Source: Ophelia neglecta (Eukaryota). Taken from it: 64,000 nucleotides of DNA. A program made the translations under genes and the position numbers. The notes under the pieces are model-generated. The model saw only the letters and a program-made list of their open reading frames with translations. It was not told where the DNA came from and made no database searches. Each line of letters starts with the position of its first letter. Position 1 is the stretch's first letter. The stretch spans positions 69,316,001 to 69,380,000 of the forward strand of contig OZ260666.1 of assembly GCA_965285935.1 (NCBI GenBank), in the 5' to 3' direction. Below are positions 40,610 to 51,985 of the stretch, one piece after another.

Positions 40610-40724
40610 CGCCCCTTTGAGACATAGTATATATGACGTACAATATTAAGCGTGACGAGATCACTAAACATTTCAGAAAACTAATAAACTGCTGTGTGCA
40701 GACGAATATATACGACGTACAATA

Positions 40725-43700
40725 TCAGACAAGAAGAGTTTTGTTACATATGTAACAGCTATTTATATTACAGGTGTTAGTATATGCATTTATGAAATAT
40801 GCTTTGTAGTTGTATGATTGACTTAGTGGTATTTTGTAGTGGTGAAGGATTTGGTTGGTGACACTGAGCAGTTTAAACCAAAGACATTGTTTAATAATGT
40901 TTGTTCTAAAGGGTTTTCTTACAATAACGTCATTGTTTCTGGTGTAGTATTGTTTTTTGCCTTGGTCAACAAGTTCAACCGATTGTTTTGTAAAGTTTGG
41001 GCATTTGGATTGTATGATGTTGAAATAGATTTTTAATGCTTTGACAAAATATAGATCATTTAATCTTAGAATTTTGAGCGATTTGAAAAGTGGTTCCGTA
41101 TGGGCCAGGTACCATGATTTTGAGATGGTTCTCATGGCCCGTTTCTGAAGGAGAAAAAGTCTATTGCATGTTGAGAAGTTTGTGCAGTTATAGTAGGCTG
41201 TGATACCATAAAAGAGATGAGGTTGTATTAAAGAATTGTAGATAATTTTTAGAATGTATGTTGGAAGACATTGTTTTAGGCGATTCATCAGCCCTATGAT
41301 TTGGGACACTTTCTTACATTTTTCATTTATGTGCGTTTTCCAATTGAGATGTTCATCAATATGTATGCCAAGAAATTTGAATGTAGAAACTTGTTCTATT
41401 ATTGTATTGTCTATTTTTACTCTAAATAAATCGGGAATCTGGTCTGGTGGGTTGTAAGAGTTTTTGAAGATCATAAATTTAGTTTTCTTAATGTTGAGGG
41501 ATAGGAAATTTGATTTAATCCAGATTTGTATATTTGAGAGTTCGTGATTGATGTTATTGTATAACCTCTCTAAATGTTTATTATGAATAATTACACTGGT
41601 GTCGTCAGCAAACAGGATAGGTAATGATGTTGTATTCAGTGATTTATATATGTCGTTTATGTAAATTAAGAAGAATAAGGGCCCAAGGATTGACCCTTGA
41701 GGTACACCAACTTTCTGTTTTAGTAATTCTGATGATTTTTGTTTGAAGAGAACATATTGAGACCTATTAGAGAGATAGCTTTTCAATAGATTATGGGGTG
41801 TACCCCTTATGCCATAATGAAATAGTTTCTGAAGTAGAATAGTGTGTTTGATGGTGTCGAAAGCTTTGGTAAGGTCTATGAATATTGCAGCAACATGTTT
41901 CTTTTGGTCTAGTTTCTGGGTAATGTGTTCTATTAGTTCTAGGGTTGCATGTTCTGTCGAATGATGTTTTCTAAAGCCATATTGAGAAGGGAAAAATATA
42001 TTTTGCTTGGTGAAAAAATTATATAATCTGTTGTATATCAGCCTTTCGAATATTTTGGAAAATGTAGGTAGGATTGAAATAGGTCTGTAATTTGTAACAT
42101 TTGTTAGGTCACCTGACTTATAGAAAGGAAGTACCTTTGATATTTTCATGTCCTCTGGAAATTCACCCGTTTTGATCATACTGTTAAAAATCTGTAATAA
42201 AGGAAAAATAACAGAAGGAAGGATTTGTTTAATAAATTTTGGGGACTGATTGTCAAAGCCACAAGATGATTTTGGTTTCATGTGAATAGCTATTTTCTTT
42301 ATTTCGGCTGCAGTTGCCTCGTTTAGGAAGATAGAGTTTACTAAGGGGTCGTTCATGAAACTTTTATAGTTTATGTTGGTATTTTGTGATAAATTGTTTG
42401 TTATTTCTTCGCCAATATTGGTGAAGAATGTATTGAAATGATTAGCTATAAGAGATGGGTCTGTTATTTTGTGGTTATCCCGATCATAGAAGAGGGTTTG
42501 TATGTTGTTACTGCGTTGGGAACCTAATATTTCCTTTATGTTCATCCATGTTTGTTTTATGTTGTTATAGGATTGCTTAAATCGTATATCCCAATGTATT
42601 GCTTTTGCTTGCTTGATTACTTTATCGAGGATTGCCCTATACTCCAGAAAATGTGCGTTGATTTCATCATAGTTTGGTTTTTGTTTGCTTTTATTTCTCC
42701 GTTTAGATAATATGTCTCTTGTTTGAATTGAACGAATTATTGCATGTGTTATCCATGGTTTGTCCTTATGCTTGTATTTGTTAAATTTCCTTGTTACTTC
42801 TGGAATATGTTTATCCATGGTCTGTTTTAATATTTGTTGAAAATTTGCATATGCTTTATTGGTATTGTTGTCTTTACAATCTTGGATTACCTTTTCCCAA
42901 TTTTGTAGATACATACTTTGAGTGAAATTATTAATATTTCTTGGATTGTATTTTCTATACGTGTATAGTTTAGGTGTGGGTTGTTTAGAAGTACATGTTT
43001 TGTGCAGATACACGAAGTTAGGATAATGATCTGATATGGATGAGAGTATGGTACCGGCAGTGTACTGCAGGTTTGGATTGAATTTGAGAAATAAATGATC
43101 AATGAGAGTAGCTGATGACGGGGTGACACGTGTTGGATGAGATATTAAGGGAATGTAGCTAAGAGAAGTTAGGGCATCAATGAACTCGGAGGATGATCTG
43201 TGGTTTGTGGTGTTTAGAAGGTCTATGTTCATGTCACCGGTAAGTATGCAATCAATATTTCCATATTCTATTTTGTTAAGAGTAGTTTCAATATAGTTAG
43301 TAAATTGAGTTATATTACTATGATTTGGGGGCCGGTAAAATGTTCCAATTAGAAGTTTGGGACGCAAACTTGTACAGTTAATTTCTATAAATAAACTTTC
43401 ATAATATTCATGATCAATTGATACATCATCGCGTACAGTATAGTTTAAGCCATTTCGTACATATATAGCAAGACCGCCACCAATTTTTGCAGGCCTATGT
43501 TTAAAAATAGATGTGTATCCTTCCAATGCAGCCAATTGTTCATTTTCATTTGTAAGCCAAGTCTCCTCTAATGTCAGAACATCTAGTACCTTATTGTTCA
43601 TAGCCATCTCCTGTAGCAGAGATTCAATTTCGTGCTTCTTATTTAGTAAAGATCTTATATTAAGGTTTAAAATCAACAATGAATCATTTTCATTTTTGAG

Positions 43701-43787
43701 ATTACAAAATTCTGACCTTGAATAATAACGTGAAGTTGTGGTCATGGTCACAGAATAGTCCTCCAAGTCAGTGATAGTGCTAGCCAT
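40725..43787 (-). CDS. LINE ORF2: apurinic-like endonuclease + reverse transcriptase, 1020 aa
   Basis: APE motifs LNIRSL, ETWL, GGGLAIY, YRPP, GDMNID, TRVT..IDH, SDH. RT motifs YRPISILPTFSKIFE, QYGFR, DLTKAFDTI, GVPQGSILGPLFF, FADD, KFLGI. C-terminal CNINSCYIC. No RNase H seen. Confidence 0.97.
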   Translation of the reverse strand: MASTITDLEDYSVTMTTTSRYYSRSEFCNLKNENDSLLILNLNIRSLLNKKHEIESLLQEMAMNNKVLDVLTLEETWLTNENEQLAALEGYTSIFKHRPAKIGGGLAIYVRNGLNYTVRDDVSIDHEYYESLFIEINCTSLRPKLLIGTFYRPPNHSNITQFTNYIETTLNKIEYGNIDCILTGDMNIDLLNTTNHRSSSEFIDALTSLSYIPLISHPTRVTPSSATLIDHLFLKFNPNLQYTAGTILSSISDHYPNFVYLHKTCTSKQPTPKLYTYRKYNPRNINNFTQSMYLQNWEKVIQDCKDNNTNKAYANFQQILKQTMDKHIPEVTRKFNKYKHKDKPWITHAIIRSIQTRDILSKRRNKSKQKPNYDEINAHFLEYRAILDKVIKQAKAIHWDIRFKQSYNNIKQTWMNIKEILGSQRSNNIQTLFYDRDNHKITDPSLIANHFNTFFTNIGEEITNNLSQNTNINYKSFMNDPLVNSIFLNEATAAEIKKIAIHMKPKSSCGFDNQSPKFIKQILPSVIFPLLQIFNSMIKTGEFPEDMKISKVLPFYKSGDLTNVTNYRPISILPTFSKIFERLIYNRLYNFFTKQNIFFPSQYGFRKHHSTEHATLELIEHITQKLDQKKHVAAIFIDLTKAFDTIKHTILLQKLFHYGIRGTPHNLLKSYLSNRSQYVLFKQKSSELLKQKVGVPQGSILGPLFFLIYINDIYKSLNTTSLPILFADDTSVIIHNKHLERLYNNINHELSNIQIWIKSNFLSLNIKKTKFMIFKNSYNPPDQIPDLFRVKIDNTIIEQVSTFKFLGIHIDEHLNWKTHINEKCKKVSQIIGLMNRLKQCLPTYILKIIYNSLIQPHLFYGITAYYNCTNFSTCNRLFLLQKRAMRTISKSWYLAHTEPLFKSLKILRLNDLYFVKALKIYFNIIQSKCPNFTKQSVELVDQGKKQYYTRNNDVIVRKPFRTNIIKQCLWFKLLSVTNQILHHYKIPLSQSYNYKAYFINAYTNTCNINSCYICNKTLLV

Positions 43788-43890
43788 TAGTATATTGATT
43801 GAGACATGATCTATACTACAATATTGTCAATGTTTCGATAACTAAAACATATTCTCCATTTTTTCAAAAATATATTCTCCATTTTTATTA

Positions 43891-45096
43891 TCATTTCTTA
43901 TGTAGTTTCGCAGTGTGATCAATAGGTGTAATATCCTTTCTTTTAGGTTTTCTCACTCCAGTTGGCGTCACAAAATCTGTTATGTTTGGCTGACCGGGAT
44001 CTTTGTTTTTTTGTTTCTTTTTGGACTTCGTCTTCTTGGCTTTTGTAGGAGTTTGGTTCATGGTATCTGTGGTTTCCTTTCTTTCATTGTTTACCTTTGT
44101 GGTAAATACAGGTTCTGGTAAATCAGTGACATTGTTTACGGTGATACTGGTATCTGGGTCAGGGCCATCGGGTGCAGATGGGCAGGATTCAGCGTCAGAA
44201 TCTGTGTCACTGTCATTGGTACCCGAATCGTTGGTTAGGGAATGCTCCTCGGCATCATCCGTGGTGTGTTTGTTCTGAGACACTAGTTGAATATCGTCAG
44301 TTTTCTCGTTGACATTTACTGGGTTCTGATTTTTGTGTGGCATGGAGCTGTTCGGGGTGTGGAAACTCCGTTCCAGTTCATCTGTGTGGTGGTCACTTCC
44401 ATGACCCCTTTCACCACAGATTGGACAAGTCATCCTTGACTTAAGGATTGGACAAGCATCAATGTGATGGTCGTCTCTACAGTACCTACAGTTTATAGGC
44501 TGGTTGTCATGATATACCGTGATTCCTAGTTGAATCAGGTTAGATGGCTCACATGGGTCGGCCAAATCATAGTTGTAGTAGCGTGGAATTGGTTTAATGA
44601 TAGTCTTGGCATACACATATCTGTGTCCAGAATACAATGTTTTAAAAGCACTGCTGCTTGTAATTTTCACTGTATGGTGTTGAACATGGGACGCCAACTC
44701 AGCATGGGTAGAAATCCAGTTTTCAACTTCTTGGTTTGATATGTGATATGGTATTCCGTGAATAGAAATACGTTTGTTTTTTACAGATGACAAAGGGTTG
44801 GACTTGAAGAAGTCATTGATCTGTCCCAAAGTGTTCCTGAGGTGGACAACCTGCATGTCGAGGATGTTTTGTTTATTCACCAGGTCGGCTGTGTACACAA
44901 TCCAAAACTTCCTAGGTTGAATATATTGAACCCCCAAAATTGCGTTTGGAGGGAATTCATTGTGCCTCTCTCTTGCCTGTGCCAAAAGAGACTCGGCAAT
45001 CTCCAATTCAGACATTCCTGGAAGTCTGACCCCTGATATGGTTAGCCACAGTGATTTATTTTGCAGCGCACTGTAATCATTATTACTAGTAGCCAT
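43891..45096 (-). CDS. LINE ORF1: RRM-like domain + two zinc knuckles, low-complexity acidic then basic tail, 401 aa
   Basis: Lies directly upstream of ORF2. RRM-like RISIHGIPYHISNQEV and SGHRYVY segments. Knuckles CRYCRDDHHIDAC and CPICGERGHGSDHH. D/S/T-rich segment followed by a K-rich (NLS-like) C-terminus. Confidence 0.9.
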   Translation of the reverse strand: MATSNNDYSALQNKSLWLTISGVRLPGMSELEIAESLLAQARERHNEFPPNAILGVQYIQPRKFWIVYTADLVNKQNILDMQVVHLRNTLGQINDFFKSNPLSSVKNKRISIHGIPYHISNQEVENWISTHAELASHVQHHTVKITSSSAFKTLYSGHRYVYAKTIIKPIPRYYNYDLADPCEPSNLIQLGITVYHDNQPINCRYCRDDHHIDACPILKSRMTCPICGERGHGSDHHTDELERSFHTPNSSMPHKNQNPVNVNEKTDDIQLVSQNKHTTDDAEEHSLTNDSGTNDSDTDSDAESCPSAPDGPDPDTSITVNNVTDLPEPVFTTKVNNERKETTDTMNQTPTKAKKTKSKKKQKNKDPGQPNITDFVTPTGVRKPKRKDITPIDHTAKLHKK

Positions 45097-46432
45097 TGTA
45101 CCAACTCTTCTACAGTAGGTGCAGGTGACAATACAATGTATATAGCCAAAATCAGTCAGGCGTGAATCAAAGTTCCAAGTAAAAAGATAAGACTCTCACC
45201 GAAATGCCTGAAAAGTCCTGTGACAAATGTTCATTCCTGTCAAAGGTTCGGAGTCCTTGTTCATTCACGGCAGAATTGACGTAGTTTAATGTTATAATAA
45301 CTAATATCGTAGGTGAAAATTGATGTTTTTGTGTAGTTGACCATAACAGCTGGTGCAGTAGGTACAGGGTGTCTCCCTGCATGTCCTTCTTCAATCTGGA
45401 CGAAATTCATCTAGCTATCTACCCACTGTGCACAGACTAAACTATCTATGTTAAGTATTGTAGTTAAAAATTTACACATGAATTAGAGTAAAAGAACAAT
45501 CTTTTTTGTCGTAGTGTACTTTTTGTACCAATGAATAAAATATATATACATACATATTGAGACGTGAGATGTGCCAATTTTAGTATCCTTTTCTAAGCCG
45601 GTTACTTACCTTAGCTCTAACCCTACGTAAGTTACAATAAAAATGAAATTTACTAAGAAAGTTCCTTGCAATTTACTATAAGTTCCCCATCTTCATGGTG
45701 TGAGTAGTTCACATTGAATCATGCCAATGGTATATCAAGCTGTTTAGGTGTGTATAAAGCCTTCAATATGATAACTCTCCTTGGACCCTCGAGGGCATTA
45801 GAATACAGCAGACGAGTTTGGGGTAATTTATTTAAATTTCATTATTGACAGCCTTGGATTGTCGTACATCGGCTTTATTAGTCAAGGCGACTACCCACAA
45901 ATACTCTTAAACAAACCGATAACTATGGGAAAGTCTACTTTTAATCAATTTGGGATTAACTTGTCAAAGCCTTGTTTGTGTGTGAGGTACATAATATTGA
46001 CTTGTATATTTGCTTGTCCCTGAAGACTAAGACGATATAAAACCATAATTAAATAGGCTGATTAGACAAATAAGACCACTAAGAAATCTGGTGGCACGGA
46101 ACAGCGTTCTACGTTTGTTTTTAGAGGTTATGACCTTAGACACATCTTTACTGTGCGTTTGTCTAGCCGAGAGAAAGGTAATTATCGCTTAGTTTGGCGC
46201 GAATTACTGTAATTATCGTAGTTTGGCATGAGGAGCCTTATTAACATTAGATGCAGGTGTGGGCTTCACTTCTACCTGCAGCTATTTTACTATTTAAATA
46301 TCTGGTTAGAAAGACACATTTTATCTAGCATACAGCAGGTTGTGGACAGAGCAACAGGGGCTGGTCTTTTATTGGAAAAAGGCTACACTTTTATGTAAAG
46401 GTTTGGGAAGGCTATCCCCCCCCCCCCTCATG

Positions 46433-46592
46433 AGACCACCTCTATATTCAGACCACCTGCCAATTCAGACCACTCATCAGAAAACCTTACTGTATACTTT
46501 AAATGTAAAATAACCTGTCTAATCAGACCACCTCCATATTCAGACCAGTATTTTGAAGTCCCTTGGTGGGTCTCAATTTACAGGTTTCACAG
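46433..46592 (+). mobile_element. MITE family A, left end truncated
   Basis: GACCACCTCTATATTCAGACC...CAGGTTTCACAG|TA. Confidence 0.85.
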
Positions 46593-46708
46593 TACTGTGT
46601 AGACAATAAGTTGTTTTAGTATACACATGGAAGTGTTGACTAAACCTATTCAGGAAATCTTAAAACTCAACAATCTCATTGACCCAAAATCATACACTTT
46701 GCTATATA

Positions 46709-46886
46709 TAGTGAAACCTGTTAATTAAGACCACCAAAGGACCTGGAAAGCACTGGTCTGATTTCTGAGGTGGTCTGTTTACACAAGTTATTCTATATAG
46801 AAAGTGTATACCATGGTCCTAATATTAGTGGTCTGAATTGACAGGTGGTCTGATTATAGAGGTGGTCTTTAAGCCAGGTTTCACTG
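46709..46886 (-). mobile_element. MITE family A
   Basis: TA|TAGTGAAACCTG...CAGGTTTCACTG|TA. Confidence 0.9.
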
Positions 46887-47109
46887 TAATCTGTAGTGTG
46901 GCGTCTTACATTCCCAGGAGTTAACACTTTTTATTTTAGTGGCCATTTTGCCCCTTTTTTGTCAATTTATGGTTGATAATTGCTCCATTATCTCTTGTTT
47001 ATCATTACTACTTGCTTTTATAGATTCCATTAGTGTCTGATGAAAGCATTATTCTGACATTAACAAAACAATACACATTAAACAATGCGAAAAAAAGCCA
47101 TTAAAATGT

Positions 47110-47480
47110 TTGGGCCTTGTTTGCACTAAATGTACCATGCACAGTTGCATGCCGCGGTAGTTCATTCGTGTTCAGTGGTGTGCCATTTCAGCCTGGCCTT
47201 TCTTGTTAGGTAGATAACAACATCAGAAAATTGTTAAATAATTGTCGATATCAATAAAACTCATATTTTTAATATCTTCAATCTTCTTTATACTCTATTC
47301 ATAACGATTCTTGTCACAAAAATAAGGTCGATCTACTCATAGTTTCTGATGGAAATTCATAAAGCAGAGAAATCCTCTTGAGTACACACTGGCGATGGTA
47401 TTTGTAAGCCATTTTCTCTCCAAGAAAGCATTTCTGGGTGAGCAGATATCAAGAACAGGCTTTATACTATCGCCTGCAAA
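47110..47480 (-). pseudogene. Decayed RTE-like LINE ORF2 C-terminal fragment
   Basis: Minus-strand fragments NFHQKL, RIVMNRV and RKARLKW resemble FHQRCLR..N.EVL..RRLRWxGH in order; many stops. Confidence 0.4.
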
Positions 47481-47811
47481 ACGCTAACGAGTTATGCTCA
47501 AACGTGTCTCAAAGGACGGAAGTCTTTTTGTTGTTGATCATGCGCTCGAACACTTCCGGATTGTTAAGCTTTCGTTATTGCCAATACGATCATTTGATTT
47601 TTGTTTAATGTTCAATCCTGACCCGAGGCACGGATTGACCGATTTATTCATGCCTAATACGCCGTGAATTTGCAAATCGACAGGGTCGATTATTGTATCA
47701 AAGAGATATGAACTGCTGAGCAGTCCCTTGCATTCCGGTGGCCCCTTGTCCAGCTGAGTGGTCAATGACAGGTCACACACTCGGCGTCTCGCGTTTATGG
47801 GGTAACTCTTC

Positions 47812-47944
47812 GTATCTCCCTGACCTCCGTATCCCCCTGACCTCTGTATCCCCTGACCCCTGTATCCCCCCCGCAACCCTGACCGTCGTATCCCCCTGAC
47901 CCTTGTATCCCCAGAACCCTGACCTCCATATCCCCCTGACCCCT
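47812..47944. repeat. Short degenerate tandem repeat (GTATCCCCCTGACC)
   Basis: Direct reading. Confidence 0.8.
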
Positions 47945-48917
47945 AGACAAGATTTCTCTGACTAATAACCAACTTACGTGTAACTTAACCGGCAATGTAT
48001 GCTAAATTTTGACCACAGTAACTTAGTCAAATCTGTGAGTTGATGTATCGCACTCAATGTAAGCGAAAGCTGGCCACATTGGCGAAATTCCTAGAATTAT
48101 CAAGTTCATCTTTTGAGGCGTCAATGACATTGACATGACATTGTACACGAGTCATGTACATGACTCGTGTAGCCGACCTTTTTGTAAACTGTCCCAAGAC
48201 CCCCACCTGAGAAGTAAAAATTATCAACCACCCTCCATGCAAAAGCCGACCCCTTTCCCATCTCTGAAGAAAACCCAATTCCCAATCAGATGCTAACTAG
48301 ACTTGACACTGTTATACAAGAAACGTCAAGCTATCGAACATGTCCATAGCATGAGTGGGTCATACATCTTAGTCACGTGTAGGGGGTAGAAAGCTGAATT
48401 ACTGTTTAGACTACAGGTTCGATTCTAGTGACAGGCAGATTACCTTGAACGTCTATGTGGAAAAAAGTGGTATCTCGTGGAACTCGTGGCGCCACCTGTT
48501 TACCAATTATGTGTGCTAATGTTAGATGTGGATTAATAATTGTTATTTTTAAAGCTTGATAATCTATACGACAGGATATATAATGGCGGCTAGGTCAGGG
48601 GTCAACATTAAGGGTTCGAGATTATAGTGTCAGGGGTCATCTTAAGGAAACTAGGGCTAGTTTCCGGAGTTTGTATTAAGGTACTAGCCTTAAGTCGTAT
48701 GGTCATGATTAACGAACGAGGGACAAGAGGGCTCAAGTAAAATGAAGAGGTAGGGTTTGGGGTCAGATGTACCTGTTTATGGTGCAGTGATTGTTCTGGT
48801 CAGTTCAGGTGATAATGGTTTGCGATGCTCCCACCAGCTTGCTAAGTTCTGTATTCAACTAACATGGGAAAGGGTGATCTGTCTTTTATTAAAGTATCTA
48901 TGGGTCTAAATGGTATA

Positions 48918-49095
48918 CAGTGAAACCTGCCTTAAAGACCACCTCTATAATCAGACCACCTGTCTATTCAGACCACGAATATGAGGACCGTCATGAATTC
49001 TTTCAATGTTAAATAACCTGTCAAAACAGACCACTTCTGAAATCAGACCAGTACTTTCCAGTCCCTTGGGTGGTCTTAATTTACAGGTTTCACTC
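48918..49095 (+). mobile_element. MITE family A
   Basis: TA|CAGTGAAACCTG...CAGGTTTCACTC|TA. Confidence 0.92.
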
Positions 49096-49769
49096 TATTT
49101 GCCTAGGACCTCCAGACCCCCAATGCGGGGGGTCCCTGGGAGGGTGGTTTAGCAGCCTTGTACGTACAATGGGCGCTCTGCGGCAGCGATAAACTCTATT
49201 TTAGAAATAAAAGGTTTTTAAGTGGCTCAATACCGGGCTGTTAGTTGACCCAATACCCTCGACACCCAGCCTGTCGTCTGGTGATAAATTATTTCACGCT
49301 TCACGTTTAATTGATTCACTCCTATGTATCACTTTCCGCCATTTTGTATTTTTTAACAATCAAGTGTTGAAGTTGACGAAAATATATTTCTTTTGCATAA
49401 GCTATCAGCAGGTATCATCTTGTTCCCGCCTCAGAGTGGGAATCTTAAATTCCGCGTCGTTGTAGAGCTCTGCAGGGGGTCGAAATTCAATGTCAGATTG
49501 GAAAAATAACCTTACCTTCGTGTTGTCTTCACCTTTTAAGGTTTTCTATCGCTTAATTAGCTCTGTAATTCAAGCTCATCCAGGGGCCCTTCAACCAAGT
49601 AGGTTTTCCTTGTTGCCTTTATGATTTTGCCAAAGCGGCGTTTTTCAACCAATTCAAACTTTTAAATGGCATATAATTTTATAAGAATTTAATATGATCG
49701 TTTTTTGGGAAAGGCCATTTTTATATTACATTTGTTTTATGATATAAAGGTTCTCTCTGGTCATAAGAG

Positions 49770-50010
49770 ATTATTGTTTTCAGTAACATCGAGTGTGCTC
49801 CTACTCAATTGCTCAGCCTGATTTGAGTCTTCAGCCTTCTATCATTCATCTTTGTTTTTAAAACCATGAACCATATGGTATCACACCAAGTTATATATAA
49901 CAGCCACTAACTTGGCCCACAACCAAATTGTTAAGACAACTCGAAGTGGCAGAGCATGCACATGCATATAGTGAGTCTGTGTTAAGATTTCTATGAGGTG
50001 ACAATCAATT
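49770..50010 (+). pseudogene. Possible decayed RTE-like LINE fragment
   Basis: VTSSVLL, IWYHTKLY and LLRQLEVAEHA weakly parallel VESVLLYG..ISW..H...LY..RRLRFAGH. Confidence 0.25.
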
Positions 50011-51129
50011 CATATATCCATTAATATGAGAGTCATATACCTGCTGTTCATGGGCACATCAGGTGTGAGATAGTATCTACACGTGTCCCCTTGCCTTGAA
50101 AACCTGCTTAAAACCATGTGACCAAACATGAACACGTGTTAAGATAAGTCATAATATTATCATGCATCGCCTTGGGTTATAAACCCCTGTGTATTGATTG
50201 TTTAATATGGGGACCAGATGTTTCAAAGTGACCTTATATATTTAATACATGTTTGCCTTGTACGTTGCTAAGATGTTTATTCTCTTGGAGCGGGAGAAGA
50301 CATTATTTATGCAATAGGAGAGCGTATTACCGGCGAAAAATATGTCCCTACATCACAGGACCAGTTGCCAATGTAAAGAAATATTGCAGAATTACTTCTA
50401 GATCTATACCTTAAAAGTCAAGTAATTTCGCGACTCGTTAATTTCCTATGCTTTCTGTGTTGGATTAAACGGTGCGTGAAATAACGTGTCTTTACACTGT
50501 GTTTTCACAGCTGTGCGGAATAAGCCGAAACGTTCTGCGCGGAATTTAACGATGCACGATTTAACCCGATAATTAACATATGTAGCTTATGATAAGGCCT
50601 AATTTGTTTCTTTGTAGAGACAAGTTTGCCAATGTATATCTGTCTTATTGTGCTGTTCACAAAAGTAGGGTATGTATTATATCAGATCAGGTGAAAGTTT
50701 ACATAAAGAATTAAGAAAAGAAAACTTGTCTCATAATACATTTAGACAAAGAATGTATATTGCATTATAGAAAGTGAGTAATTGGGGTCAGTTAATGGGT
50801 TAGTTTTTACTACGCGACTTTTTGGTTTCTTTGAATTAACATCATACCATTTTTATTAAAAACTCATATGGAAAATGCCTAAGTTCCTTTTTTTGATCAA
50901 TTCCTTTTTCTATTGGTGAAGGCCTAGGCCTATATCGGAAAAAAAGAATGTCTGCCTGTTTTGTAGTAAATTGAATTCCGTTCTCGTCTTTTATGTTCCA
51001 ATTTTGATGCAGTTACATAGGAAATGGGTGTGGCATCATGTGCATGGTAACTACCTCGGTTACTTATAGAGGCCTGTTGCCACTAAATGGTCGTGCGGAG
51101 GTGGCGGAGATTTGGGATTGAAGGTGGTG

Positions 51130-51530
51130 AGAGGGTTATTGTAAGGGTTATATGGTGTAACTAGGCCCTTCAGAAGCTGGGGCGGAAGGACATTGTAAGA
51201 TTTATATGGTGTCCACCATATCTTTCTGACGGGGTTGTCGCGAAAGGTTATTGTAAGGGTTATATGGTGTAACTAGGTCATTCGGACGTTGACCCGGAAG
51301 GTTATTGTAATGGTTCTATGGTGTAACGAGGTCCTTTGACCAGATGCTGGGGCGGAAGGTTAGGGTAAGGGTTATATGGCGTAACCATATCCTTCGGACG
51401 TTGGCGCGAAAGATTATTGTAAGAGTTATTATGGTGTAACTAGGTCTTTCGGACGCTAGGCCGGAAGGTTATTGTAAAGGTTCTATGGTGTTTCGAGGAC
51501 CTTTGGACGCTGGGGCGGAAGGTTAGGGTA
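51130..51530. repeat. Degenerate ~55-bp tandem repeat
   Basis: GGAAGGTTATTGTAAGGGTTATATGGTGTAAC, about 7 copies. Confidence 0.85.
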
Positions 51531-51624
51531 AGCTTAAGAAACAGGCCAATGCTGACGTTTGGTATATATCACTCCGCCAAGCAGCATGTCGTTTGTAAAA
51601 GCCAGTACACAAATGCTTAAGTGT

Positions 51625-51985
51625 TTAATATTTGTATCTGTTTTGATCCGCCAAATTATTTTCCTTTAAACAAATACTGGTCCCAGAGAAAGTGCTAACA
51701 TTGACACTTTATATAAATTTATATTCGCGGATAAATATTTGCTGGTTTTCTTGTCCATTGGGGCATCCGTTGTCTATTTCTACAGCGAAGACAAGAGACA
51801 GAAGTAGGGTGTTAATCATGTAAGAAAGGAACCACAGCTCTTCTACTTAGAGAAATACTTTGATATCAACGCTGTGCTTCCAGTCCTCGTATTTGTTTTG
51901 ATCCGCCATCTTATTTTACTTTCAACAACACTGGGCCCAGGCAAAGGCGCTAACATTAACACTTACACTTGGATAAACATTTACT
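51625..51985. repeat. Local diverged duplication (~260-bp spacing)
   Basis: TGTTTTGATCCGCCA...ACTGG.CCCAG...GCTAACATT.ACACTT at ~51640 and ~51895. Confidence 0.7.

Larger units (their letters stand above)
40548..45371 (-). mobile_element. Near full-length non-LTR retrotransposon (LINE, CR1/L2 group, possibly Crack-like), two intact ORFs
   Basis: Uninterrupted ORF1 and ORF2 in tandem on the minus strand with a ~100-bp spacer. The 3' UTR ends in AATAAA (TTTATT at 40567-40572) and a (TCAA)3 tail (ATTG repeats 40548-40560). The 5' boundary is tentative, set by an imperfect flanking duplication TCTCCTGC (~40540-40547) / TCTCCCTGC (45372-45380). Confidence 0.93.

Noticed and set aside
48370-48445. 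tRNA-like B box GGTTCGATTCT (also GAGTTCAAAGTCC at ~30189)
   Set aside because: No cloverleaf or clear A box; at most a decayed SINE head that I cannot support
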